Shown here one piece after another: positions 7,478 to 15,609 of a stretch of DNA of 36,449 nt (positions are counted from its first letter, which is position 1; each line of letters begins with the position of its first letter). Under the pieces are notes generated by a model. It made no database searches and had not been told where the DNA came from. It was given only the letters and a program-made list of their open reading frames with translations. This stretch comes from Clostridia bacterium (GTDB lineage: Bacteria; Bacillota; Clostridia; Monoglobales; Monoglobaceae), in NCBI GenBank assembly GCA_045648845.1, contig JAZROR010000038.1, positions 1-36,449 of the forward strand, read 5' to 3'. A program made the position numbers and the translations under genes.

Positions 7478-8869
7478 TTACTTATTTTTCAGATATTCAT
7501 CTATTGCTTTTGCAGAAGATTTTCCGGCACCCATCGCAAGAATAACTGTTGCTGCACCGGTAACGGCATCTCCGCCGGCATAAACGCCCTCTCGACTTGT
7601 AAGTCCTGTTTCATCCTTTGTGATTATGCAACCACGTCTGTCTGTATCAAGGCCATCTGTGGTGCTTCTTATAAGGGGATTTGGGGATGTTCCGATTGAC
7701 ATTATAACAGCATCCACATCCAGAATATATTCTGAACCAGCTATCGCCACCGGACTGCGTCTTCCTGATTCATCAGGCTCGCCAAGCTCCATTTCCACGC
7801 ATTTGATACCATTTACAAAGTTTTGCTCATTTCCAACTATTTCCACCGGATTGTTAAGAGTTTTGAAAACAATTCCCTCTTCCTCGGCGTGCTCCACTTC
7901 CTCACGTCTTGCCGGCATTTCTTCCATTGAACGTCTGTAAACTATGTAAACATCGTCAGCCCCAAGACGTTTTGCACAACGAGCCGCATCCATAGCCACG
8001 TTTCCTCCGCCAACCACCGCAACGCGTTTTGCGTGCATTATAGGAGTCTGTGAATCTTCTTTGTAAGCTTTCATAAGGTTTGTGCGGGTAAGAAATTCAT
8101 TTGCTGAATATACACCATTCAGGCTCTCTCCCGGAATATTCATAAATCTTGGAAGTCCTGCCCCTGAGCCAATGAATACCGCTTCAAATCCCATATCAAA
8201 CAGTTCATCTACTGTGAGAGTTTTGCCGATTACTGCATTGGTAACAATTTCAACGCCAAGTGCCTTAAGGTTTTCAATCTCTCGCTTTACAATATCCTTT
8301 GGAAGTCTGAATTCAGGAATTCCATAAACCAGAACTCCGCCCGCTGTGTGAAGTGCTTCAAAAACAGTAACGCTGTATCCCATCTTTGCAAGGTCACCGG
8401 CGCAAGTAAGCCCTGACGGTCCCGAGCCGATAACAGCCACCTTTTTGCCGTTCTGCATTGGCGCATTGTTTACCTTTTCAGTCGCGTTTGCCATATGCCA
8501 GTCTGCCACAAATCGCTCAAGTCTGCCTATTGCCACTGGCTCGCCCTTTATTCCTCTGACACACTTTGACTCACACTGTCTTTCCTGAGGACAAACTCTG
8601 CCGCAAACAGCAGGAAGTGAGCTTTGCTTGTAAATCACTTCATATGCTCCTTCAAAATCGCCCTGTGCAACTTTTTCAATAAAGGCGGGAATGTCAATAC
8701 TTACAGGACAACCTGAAACGCAAGGCTTGTGTTTGCACGCAAGACACCTTTGTGCCTCATCAATCGCCTGCTCTTTTGTATATCCCAAAGCCACCTCGCT
8801 GAAATTTTTGTTTCTTATATCAGGTGCCTGAACGGGCATTTCATTTTTTTTAGGCGTCATATTAGCCAT
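7478..8869 (-). CDS. nfnB: NADH-dependent reduced ferredoxin:NADP+ oxidoreductase large subunit (GltD / glutamate synthase small-chain-like, SudA-type)
   Basis: N-terminal Cys clusters (CLACKHKPCVSGCP..., CGRVCPQERQCESKC) are followed by two dinucleotide folds (GSGPSGL, VVGGGNVAMD). It is paired with the NfnA-type subunit immediately upstream. Start set at MANMTPKK (ATG 8869, AGGAGG SD), overlapping the nfnA stop by 8 nt. Confidence 0.8.
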   Translation of the reverse strand: MANMTPKKNEMPVQAPDIRNKNFSEVALGYTKEQAIDEAQRCLACKHKPCVSGCPVSIDIPAFIEKVAQGDFEGAYEVIYKQSSLPAVCGRVCPQERQCESKCVRGIKGEPVAIGRLERFVADWHMANATEKVNNAPMQNGKKVAVIGSGPSGLTCAGDLAKMGYSVTVFEALHTAGGVLVYGIPEFRLPKDIVKREIENLKALGVEIVTNAVIGKTLTVDELFDMGFEAVFIGSGAGLPRFMNIPGESLNGVYSANEFLTRTNLMKAYKEDSQTPIMHAKRVAVVGGGNVAMDAARCAKRLGADDVYIVYRRSMEEMPARREEVEHAEEEGIVFKTLNNPVEIVGNEQNFVNGIKCVEMELGEPDESGRRSPVAIAGSEYILDVDAVIMSIGTSPNPLIRSTTDGLDTDRRGCIITKDETGLTSREGVYAGGDAVTGAATVILAMGAGKSSAKAIDEYLKNK

Positions 8870-9710
8870 TGTTTTTGTCCTCCTTAAAAAGATTACAGCT
8901 TTCTTCATAGCGGTGTCTTTCTGTTTCCTTGTAAATGGACGAACGTCTCATTGCCTCATCGAAATCCACCAGATGCCCGTCAAAATCAGGTCCGTCAACA
9001 CAAGCAAACTTCATTTCGCCGCCAACAGTAAGTCTGCAGCCACCACACATTCCTGTGCCATCAATCATTATAGGATTCATACTTACCACAGTCTTTATTC
9101 CTAACTCTTTTGTAAGCAATGAAACAAATTTCATCATCACAAGCGGTCCAATCGCTATAACCTCATCATATTTTTCGCCGCTTTCAACCAGTTTGCGAAG
9201 TGCATCGGTAACAAGTCCCTTTTCACCATAGGAACCATCGTCGGTAACAATCACAAACTTGTCACTAACAGCCTTAAATTCTTCTTCGAGAATAACAAGG
9301 TCACGGTTTCTGAAGCCTGCCACTGTGTGTACCTCTGTGCCATTTTCTTTGAGAGCTTTAGCCGTAGGATATGCAATGGCACAGCCAACACCGCCGCCAA
9401 TAACAGCCACTTTTTTAAGTCCTTTCACCTCGGACGCCTTTCCCAATGGTCCAACAAAATCGCAAACAGAGTCTCCCGCTTCAAGACTATTTAATTTTTT
9501 CGTGGTAGCACCCACAATTTGAAATATAATGGTAACAGTTCCATTGTTTCTGTCATAATCCGCTATGGTAAGGGGAATTCTTTCGCCCTCTTCATCAACT
9601 CTTAAGATTATGAACTGTCCGGCTTGTGCTTTTTTTGCGACAAGCGGAGCATCAATAACCATTTTGGTAACAGTTGGATTCAATATCTGTTTTTCTTTGA
9701 TGCAAAACAT
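8862..9710 (-). CDS. nfnA: NfnA-type small subunit (ferredoxin-NADP reductase-like FAD/2Fe-2S electron-transfer subunit; PyrK/SudB family)
   Basis: 282-aa protein with an FNR-like fold (RIPLTIADYD, GGGVGCA) and a C-terminal Cys cluster (GTGMCGGCRL...CVDGP) typical of PyrK/SudB/NfnA. Confidence 0.8.
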   Translation of the reverse strand: MFCIKEKQILNPTVTKMVIDAPLVAKKAQAGQFIILRVDEEGERIPLTIADYDRNNGTVTIIFQIVGATTKKLNSLEAGDSVCDFVGPLGKASEVKGLKKVAVIGGGVGCAIAYPTAKALKENGTEVHTVAGFRNRDLVILEEEFKAVSDKFVIVTDDGSYGEKGLVTDALRKLVESGEKYDEVIAIGPLVMMKFVSLLTKELGIKTVVSMNPIMIDGTGMCGGCRLTVGGEMKFACVDGPDFDGHLVDFDEAMRRSSIYKETERHRYEESCNLFKEDKNNG

Positions 9711-9736
9711 TTTTATAATCTCCTCTATGTATATTC

Positions 9737-11842
9737 TCAGAATTTAAAGATAACTTTCCCGTCCCCAAGAACCAGCTTTGCAGAAAACTCTTTTCCGTTC
9801 TTTTTGGAGATAAAGCCCGAAATGAGTTCGCTTGAGCCATTTTCAAGAATTTTTCTTATTGTTTCGACCGATATAACCTTGCTGCATATAACATTGTTTA
9901 CCGAAAACTTGCAACCGTCACGGTAACCGCTGCAACCATAACCAAACCGTGTTCTTTTCACATCGTTGCCACAAATGGGGCATTTGCCCACAACGTCGCC
10001 GACAAAGCCGTCAAAATTTTCACCGCCCAGTTTTGCCGCGTTGAATATTTCTGTTATTTCATTTTTAACCATTTCAACCGAATCGGAAACACTGCTTTCA
10101 CCACGGAAAACTTTTTTCAGTGATACACCCATCTGGGAAGTCTTGAATTTGTCCATAATTATATTCATTCTCGCCAAAGATTCAACCAGATGCTCGCCTG
10201 CAGGAAGAATTGTGTAGGTATCTTTTTTAAGAAGTATATATTCGCTCTTTCGTGCGTTGTCTATTATGCCTGTACGGGTTGCCTCTGTTCCAAGTTCAAG
10301 ACCCTCAAACATTGCACGGTATTCCTCTTCCTCCGCCTCTTTTTCCCCAAGCTGTTGCTTTTCGTCCTTGAAAGGATTTTTGAGATAGTTGTTGAGGGTT
10401 TCTATTGTATAATGTTTCGGCGGTGAAGTTTCCTTTTCAACCGGCACGAAATTTATATTCACCTTGTCACCTTTTTCAAGAGGCGGCAAAATCTTGTCCT
10501 TCTTGGTGTATGTATCATATGCAGTCCATCCGGGACTTAATATAACAGTTCCTTTAAGGCTGAATTCCTCAAAATCACCTACGGATACCGTAATTTCCGT
10601 TTTTTCTATCGTACATTCCTCAGCACAGAAAACCGCCACAAATCGCCGCATAATGCTGCTGTAAACCTTAAGCTCATTTTCGCTGAGCTTGGTTTTGTCC
10701 GGAATTTTGTATGTTGGAGTAAGAGCCGAATGGGATTCAATCTTTGAATCGTCAAAAATTTTCTTGTCAAACCGAAACTCCACCGGATATCCAAGCTCTT
10801 TCACAGAGGCAAGGATAGTTTTTATCTTTCCCTGCTCAGCCACAGCAAGATATTCAGAGTTTGTTCTTGGATATGTCACATAACCCTTTTCATAAAGCCC
10901 CTGAAGAATTTCAAGGCTCTCAGCCATTGACATTTTATATCGCTTTCCCAGATAGTTCTGGAGCTTTGTAAGTGAATAAAGCTTTGGCGGATTAAGCTTG
11001 TCCTTTTTCTTCTTTTTTGCAGTAACTGTGGCTTCCGCATTGTTATATCTGTCGCAAAGCTCTTTTGCTTTTTGAAGTTCATTTTTGGAAAATTTGCTTT
11101 TGCTTGTCAGCTCGATTTCCTCGCCGTTCGTGACCGCCTTGCTCACCGCCGCATAATAAATTTCGGGCACAAAATTTCTAATTGACATATCACGATCGTA
11201 AATCGCTTTCACAATAGGCACAATCACCCTGCCCACCCGGAGCAACGTCCCAGCCCTGAGTGTCGCATAACGTGTAAGATTCACACCATAAAGCCAATCT
11301 GTAAAAGTCCTTGCATATCCCTCATTTGCCAGATTATCATATTCACTTTCGCTTTTTAAGTTCTGAAGCGCTTCTTTCACCGTCTGAGGTGTCTGGTCAG
11401 GAAGCCATATTCTTTTCAATTCTTTTTCTGTATTCTCCAGAGCCTTTTGAATACAGGTCCTTACAATAATTTCACCCTCGCGGTCAGCATCGCCCGCATT
11501 GATTATTGTATCAATATCGGTACGGTTACAGAGACGCTTTATGATTTCAAACTGTTTTTTTGCTCCGCTGTCAGTTTTTTTGTTACTGTCTTTTTTAATT
11601 TCAAATCTGAATTTTTCAGGGAAACAAGGAAGATTATTCATTGTCCATCTGGGATTTTCTTCTTTGGAGTCTGAATAGTCTTCAACATCTGCCAACGAAA
11701 AAAGGTGACCAAAAGCCCAGGTTACCACGTAACCCTCGCCCTCAAAATATCCGTCATGCTTTGTCATTTTACCAATCCCTGCCATAATGTTTCTGGCAAG
11801 GCTCGGTTTTTCTGCAATAATCAGTACTATCTCAAAAACCAC
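9737..11842 (-). CDS. topB: DNA topoisomerase III (type IA)
   Basis: Toprim motifs IIAEKPS and GDADREGE, an active-site region (GYVTYPRTNS) and C-terminal zinc-ribbon Cys pairs (CPICG..., CSGYRDGCKF). The only in-frame start upstream of the Toprim Glu is GTG 11842, which has a weak SD, so the start is less certain than the call. Confidence 0.9.
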   Translation of the reverse strand: MVFEIVLIIAEKPSLARNIMAGIGKMTKHDGYFEGEGYVVTWAFGHLFSLADVEDYSDSKEENPRWTMNNLPCFPEKFRFEIKKDSNKKTDSGAKKQFEIIKRLCNRTDIDTIINAGDADREGEIIVRTCIQKALENTEKELKRIWLPDQTPQTVKEALQNLKSESEYDNLANEGYARTFTDWLYGVNLTRYATLRAGTLLRVGRVIVPIVKAIYDRDMSIRNFVPEIYYAAVSKAVTNGEEIELTSKSKFSKNELQKAKELCDRYNNAEATVTAKKKKKDKLNPPKLYSLTKLQNYLGKRYKMSMAESLEILQGLYEKGYVTYPRTNSEYLAVAEQGKIKTILASVKELGYPVEFRFDKKIFDDSKIESHSALTPTYKIPDKTKLSENELKVYSSIMRRFVAVFCAEECTIEKTEITVSVGDFEEFSLKGTVILSPGWTAYDTYTKKDKILPPLEKGDKVNINFVPVEKETSPPKHYTIETLNNYLKNPFKDEKQQLGEKEAEEEEYRAMFEGLELGTEATRTGIIDNARKSEYILLKKDTYTILPAGEHLVESLARMNIIMDKFKTSQMGVSLKKVFRGESSVSDSVEMVKNEITEIFNAAKLGGENFDGFVGDVVGKCPICGNDVKRTRFGYGCSGYRDGCKFSVNNVICSKVISVETIRKILENGSSELISGFISKKNGKEFSAKLVLGDGKVIFKF

Positions 11843-11874
11843 CTTTTCTTAAGGGATGCTCTATATTAAAACCC

Positions 11875-11913
11875 CTGAAAAAAGACATTATCGGACGGCA
11901 AAGCTATCCGATA
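11875..11913 (-). terminator. Terminator after the DUF1292 gene
   Basis: Stem TTATCGGA/TCCGATAA (11887-11913, 11-nt loop) followed on the minus strand by tgtCTTTTTTc. Confidence 0.55.
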
Positions 11914-11930
11914 AGTCACTTTTTTCTGTT

Positions 11931-12233
11931 TTAGTCTTCAAAATCAAACTCGTCTGCATTGCGAGCTTTGAATTCTTCGTATGCTCTGTCAAGAAGTTCA
12001 AGGTCCTCTTCGTATGCAAGCTCGTATGTTCCGTCTTCTCTTTCCAGCATCTTGAGGATAAACACCTCATCAATCTCATCTTCGTCCTCTTCCTCTTTGA
12101 AAGGGATGCAAACAACATAGTCCTGACCGTCAATCTGAACAGTGTCAAGATGAATAACAGTCTGCTTGTTGCCCTCATCGTCAAAAAGGTCGATTTTGTA
12201 TTCGTTCATTTCATTTTCAAAATTTTCTGACAT
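11931..12233 (-). CDS. DUF1292 (YrzB/UPF0473-like) small acidic protein
   Basis: 100-aa acidic protein (DDEGNKQTVIHLDTVQIDGQDYVVCIP..) with the DUF1292 pattern. It lies directly downstream of ruvX, as in the conserved Firmicutes yrrK-yrzB arrangement. Confidence 0.75.
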   Translation of the reverse strand: MSENFENEMNEYKIDLFDDEGNKQTVIHLDTVQIDGQDYVVCIPFKEEEDEDEIDEVFILKMLEREDGTYELAYEEDLELLDRAYEEFKARNADEFDFED

Positions 12234-12257
12234 ATTAAAATACCTCTTTTCTTTGTT

Positions 12258-12671
12258 TTAAGCCCCTGAACCACTGTCCAGATAGGCTTGTAATATAAAC
12301 GCCGCAGCAATTTTGTCAACGCTGTCCTTGCGTTTTTTGCCGCGAACATTTGTTTCATTCATAAGATTGTGTGCCGAAACTGTAGTGAGTCTTTCATCCC
12401 ACAAAATAATGGGGCAATCAACCAAAGTCCCCAAAAGCTTTGCAAAAGCTTTTGTCTTTTTGCCGCGTTCTCCAACAGTTCCGTTCATATTCTTGGGAAA
12501 CCCCAGAACAATTTTTTTTGCTCCAAGTTTCTCAACAAGCTCCGCTGTATGATGTGCCACCTTGGTCATATTTTTTTCAGCATAGGTCTCAAGGGTGTGC
12601 GCCGAAAAACCAAGTGCATCGGATGTTGCATATCCTGTACGGCTGTCACCAAAATCAACGCCCAAAATCAT
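12258..12671 (-). CDS. ruvX: Putative pre-16S rRNA nuclease / Holliday junction resolvase-like protein YqgF
   Basis: Has the YqgF-type N-terminus MILGVDFGDSRTGYATSD. Start set at ATG 12671 (GGGAGG SD) rather than the track start at 12710. Confidence 0.85.
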   Translation of the reverse strand: MILGVDFGDSRTGYATSDALGFSAHTLETYAEKNMTKVAHHTAELVEKLGAKKIVLGFPKNMNGTVGERGKKTKAFAKLLGTLVDCPIILWDERLTTVSAHNLMNETNVRGKKRKDSVDKIAAAFILQAYLDSGSGA

Positions 12672-12775
12672 AAGCTGATTTCCTCCCAAAACCTTCAATC
12701 TTAATTTCATATTTTATCATATTTCTTAGCCTTTATCAAGATAATTTTTATATTTGTCTTAAATTTACAAACTTA

Positions 12776-14158
12776 TCAATAAATAGCCTTGTTTTTCCAC
12801 TTTCCAAATCTGTAAAATACTGCCGTAATAACAGCTCCCATTACCCAGGAAATAAGCAGTGAAATCTGAATACATTCACATCTTCCGAAAGGAAGCTCAG
12901 GTGTTCTGGTCAGGTAAGAAATTCCATATGCCACGGGAACGCGAAGTGCCACCGTTGTGATGAGTGAAATCCACATAGGTGTCATTGTATCACCCGCCCC
13001 ACGCATAATACCCGAAAGGCTTTGTGTCACTGCAACGGCAATATATCCTGCCGCCAGAATTTTCATCAAATAATAGCTGGTAGACACAAGAGCATCTGTC
13101 TCGGTGAAAATTCCCATAAGATTTTTACCAAACAGAAGAATTATTCCCGTAATGGTTGCCGAGCATCCTACTGCAAGCCAAGTTCCCTGCTTTGCACCTT
13201 GCGTTACACGGTTATAAAGTCCTGCCCCTACATTTTGTCCGGCATATGTGGTAAGTGCCATTCCAAAAGAAAAGTTCGGCATCATAGCAAATCCGTCGAC
13301 GCGCATAATCACCACGTTTGCAGCAATAAACAGTTCGCCAAACTGATTAGTCAGCGACTGAACTATTATCATAGCTGACGAAAAGATTGCCTGAGTAAGC
13401 CCTGACGGGAGTCCAAGCTTTATTGTGGTCTTTACAAATTTTGAAACGGGCTTTAGATATTTAAAACCAAAGTCAAAAAAATCTCTCATTCTTGAAAGCT
13501 TTATAAGACACAAAATCGATGACACAATCTGGGCAATAACAGTGGCAAGTGCAACTCCACCTACGCCCATTCCAAGTTTCGCTACAAAATATATATCAAG
13601 AGCAATATTTATAACAGTAGCAACCAAAAGATAAATAAGTGCCGAAAATGAATCTCCGAGGCCTCTTATAACACCGCTTAATATGTTATAATAGCCAAGC
13701 CCCGCCATACCCAAAAGAGATATCATAAGATAATCTGCACATCCATCAATAATTGTCTCTGGGGTATTGAGCATAACAAGTATAGGTTTTATAAATGGTG
13801 CCGCTACCAAAATCAGCAATATGCAAGCAATAGCAGTGACGGTTATGCTTGTCCCTATGGTACGGGAAAGCCCCTCTCTGTTTTTTGCTCCGAAATACTG
13901 AGAAACCATTATGCTTGTGCCGGTGGATATACCAATAAACAAAACAAGCAGCATATTGAGTATGGGTGTAGCACTCCCTACTGCCGCCAGCGCATTATCT
14001 CCTATGTATCTTCCCACAACAATGCTGTCAACCGTGCTGTAAAGCTGTTGAGCAATGTTTCCGATTATCATTGGCAAAGTAAATGTAACTATACTCTTCC
14101 ATGGTTTCCCAACTGTCATATCCGTTGGTGCAAATATACTTTTTAACACGTCTTTCAC
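12776..14158 (-). CDS. MATE family efflux transporter
   Basis: About 12-TM, 460-aa protein with the typical MATE N-terminus (KSIVTFTLPMIIGNIAQQLYSTVDSIVVGR). The exact start is uncertain: GTG 14158, GTG 14149 with a GAGGTG SD, or ATG 14119. Confidence 0.85.
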   Translation of the reverse strand: MKDVLKSIFAPTDMTVGKPWKSIVTFTLPMIIGNIAQQLYSTVDSIVVGRYIGDNALAAVGSATPILNMLLVLFIGISTGTSIMVSQYFGAKNREGLSRTIGTSITVTAIACILLILVAAPFIKPILVMLNTPETIIDGCADYLMISLLGMAGLGYYNILSGVIRGLGDSFSALIYLLVATVINIALDIYFVAKLGMGVGGVALATVIAQIVSSILCLIKLSRMRDFFDFGFKYLKPVSKFVKTTIKLGLPSGLTQAIFSSAMIIVQSLTNQFGELFIAANVVIMRVDGFAMMPNFSFGMALTTYAGQNVGAGLYNRVTQGAKQGTWLAVGCSATITGIILLFGKNLMGIFTETDALVSTSYYLMKILAAGYIAVAVTQSLSGIMRGAGDTMTPMWISLITTVALRVPVAYGISYLTRTPELPFGRCECIQISLLISWVMGAVITAVFYRFGKWKNKAIY

Positions 14159-14174
14159 CTCTGTCTTTTACCGC

Positions 14175-15101
14175 TTAAACTTTTCGGCAAATAACCCTTT
14201 CAAATATTTTGTCAATTTCTTTTCTTAGGGGCGGATTTGTTCCCTCCGTAAGACACGCAGCCGTCCCAAACGCTGCCGCAAGTCTGAGAGTTTCTTCCGT
14301 TTCAATGCCCTTTGTCATTCCTGCGACAAAGCCCGCAATCAGGCTATCACCGGCACCTATTGTGGATACAACCTCCACTTTCGGCACCGAAATAATGAAC
14401 TTTTGGTTTTTGTTACAGTACGAAAAACCCTGTTTTCCAAGAGACACCATCACATTTTCTATACCTCTTTCGCAAAGCTCCTCTGCAAGCTTCAACGCAT
14501 TTTGGGGGCCTTCAGCCTTTTCTTCGGTCAGCTGCCGAATTTCCTGCTCGTTTGGTTTTATCAAGAACGGTTTTATCCTAAAAAGCTCATCCTTTGAAAA
14601 CGAATTGCAATCCACTATGATTTTCGTTCCAATTTTATTTATTTTTATAAGAAACTCAACCGCCTTTTCTGTTGAAATTCCTTTCGGAAGTCTGCCTGTA
14701 AATGTAACTATTGCATCTTCATCACATTCATTTTTTATAATCCCAAACAGTTCATCAAGAATACTTTCACTTATTTCGCAGCCCTCAGTGCTTATGCGGG
14801 TTTCACCATCACATGAATGAAGTGTAATGTTTTCGCGAACTCTTCCACCTGCCATAATGGTACGGCACAAAAGCCCGTCTTTTTTAAGTGTTTCCAAAAA
14901 CTCTGCACCGCCGGATTTTCCAAGAACAAGGAGTGCTGTGTTTTCAATGCCAAAGTTATTTAGAGCCCTTGAAATGTTTACTCCTTTGCCACCGGCATGC
15001 TTTGTCACTGAATATGCATAATTTTCAGCATGCAATTTGATGCTTTCAATCCCTAAATGCACATCAAATGCAGGATTCAGCGTAATTGTAAAAACTTTCA
15101 T
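14175..15101 (-). CDS. 1-phosphofructokinase-family hexose-phosphate kinase (PfkB/FruK/LacC type), not linked to a fru/lac operon
   Basis: MKVFTITLNPAFD..., GGKGVN and a C-terminal GAGDS motif are typical of FruK/LacC. Start set at ATG 15101 (GGAGA SD). The 46-aa N-terminal extension in the track is AT-rich intergenic sequence. Confidence 0.8.
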   Translation of the reverse strand: MKVFTITLNPAFDVHLGIESIKLHAENYAYSVTKHAGGKGVNISRALNNFGIENTALLVLGKSGGAEFLETLKKDGLLCRTIMAGGRVRENITLHSCDGETRISTEGCEISESILDELFGIIKNECDEDAIVTFTGRLPKGISTEKAVEFLIKINKIGTKIIVDCNSFSKDELFRIKPFLIKPNEQEIRQLTEEKAEGPQNALKLAEELCERGIENVMVSLGKQGFSYCNKNQKFIISVPKVEVVSTIGAGDSLIAGFVAGMTKGIETEETLRLAAAFGTAACLTEGTNPPLRKEIDKIFERVICRKV

Positions 15102-15165
15102 ATTTTTATCTCCGAATATGTATTTATTTTTTAAAATCGCTGAACGATCAAAATATCTTATGCAT

Positions 15166-15194
15166 AGTATACCATATTTCCATTTTAAAAGCAA
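15166..15194 (-). promoter_or_regulatory. Candidate sigma-A promoter of the fruK-like gene
   Basis: Minus strand reads TTGCTT (15194..15189), a 17-nt spacer ending TGg (extended -10), then TATACT (15171..15166). Confidence 0.45.
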
Positions 15195-15429
15195 GAATTC
15201 TGCATAATAAAAATGCCAAAATAAAACAATTTTAGCCATCTGTTTTTTAGGAATTTTAAGTTAAATTTAATTCTTCACCTATAACTTTTTTAAAAATCAT
15301 AAAATAAAATCCATTACGAACTTCACAGACCTATTTTAAACAACCCAAAACTTTCCACAGCCAAATTTAACAATTTTTTCTTAATAGTGTTGAAATATTC
15401 CTTTTTTATATTGATTTCGCGGTTTTGCC

Positions 15430-15451
15430 TGTGGATAACTTTGTGGATAAC
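15430..15451 (-). promoter_or_regulatory. Two tandem perfect DnaA-box sequences (TTATCCACA on the minus strand)
   Basis: The plus strand carries the 10-mer TGTGGATAAC twice, head-to-tail, at 15430-15439 and 15442-15451 (12-bp period). Each copy contains the exact reverse complement of the DnaA-box consensus. Confidence 0.5.
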
Positions 15452-15543
15452 GTGAATTGTAACAATTATGTAAACTTTAAAATGTATACAATTTCTTGTT
15501 TTTCTTGTAGTTTTTTATCGTTTATTTTTATATTGCTCAAAAC

Positions 15544-15572
15544 TTGACAAAGAAGAGATTTTTGTATAAAAT
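15544..15572 (+). promoter_or_regulatory. Candidate sigma-A promoter of the acn-icd-rex block
   Basis: Consensus TTGACA (15544-15549), a 17-nt spacer, then TAAAAT (15567-15572). The TTG of this -35 is the artefactual start of the 666-aa track ORF. Confidence 0.55.
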
Positions 15573-15609
15573 ATTATGGTATTATGTTTATTTTTGGAGG
15601 ACATTTTTT

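Noticed and set aside
8862-8908. The overlap of the nfnA and nfnB ORFs as a possible frameshift or pseudogene.
   Set aside because: With the SD-supported start at 8869 the overlap is only 8 nt, which is ordinary translational coupling between subunit genes. Both ORFs are full length.
9737-11842. Topoisomerase III as a possible marker of an integrative/conjugative element or plasmid remnant.
   Set aside because: Both flanks are housekeeping genes (ruvX/DUF1292 upstream, nfnAB downstream). I saw no integrase, relaxase, T4SS genes, att-like repeats or compositional break.
15482-15547. A 21-codon hydrophobic mini-ORF (MYTISCFSCSFLSFIFILLKT) in the acn upstream region, as a possible leader peptide or small membrane toxin.
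   Set aside because: It has no SD and lies upstream of the predicted promoter. Its composition simply reflects T-rich intergenic DNA.
15544-15609. A TTG-initiated 22-aa extension of aconitase. Similar upstream extensions occur on the fruK-like gene (15102-15239), ruvX (12672-12710), uxaC, the serine hydrolase, the nitroreductase and nfnB.
   Set aside because: The TTG at 15544 is the -35 hexamer of the acn promoter. In each case an internal ATG with a good SD matches the family N-terminus, and the extensions are AT-rich, hydrophobic nonsense.
15102-15609. Calling the DnaA-box region a bona fide chromosomal origin (oriC).
   Set aside because: There is no dnaA, dnaN or rpmH in the window, there are only two perfect boxes, and gene orientation reverts to the minus strand beyond 21.7 kb. 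I kept it as a finding to test, not as an annotated origin.
15240-15609. A Rex operator (TTGTGAA-N6-TTCACAA) upstream of acn-icd-rex, and also near nfnA and gdhA.
   Set aside because: I saw only isolated half-site-like strings (for example GTGAA at 15452-15456, and TCAC-N6-GTGA in the wrong orientation at the gdhA promoter). No properly spaced inverted pair was seen.
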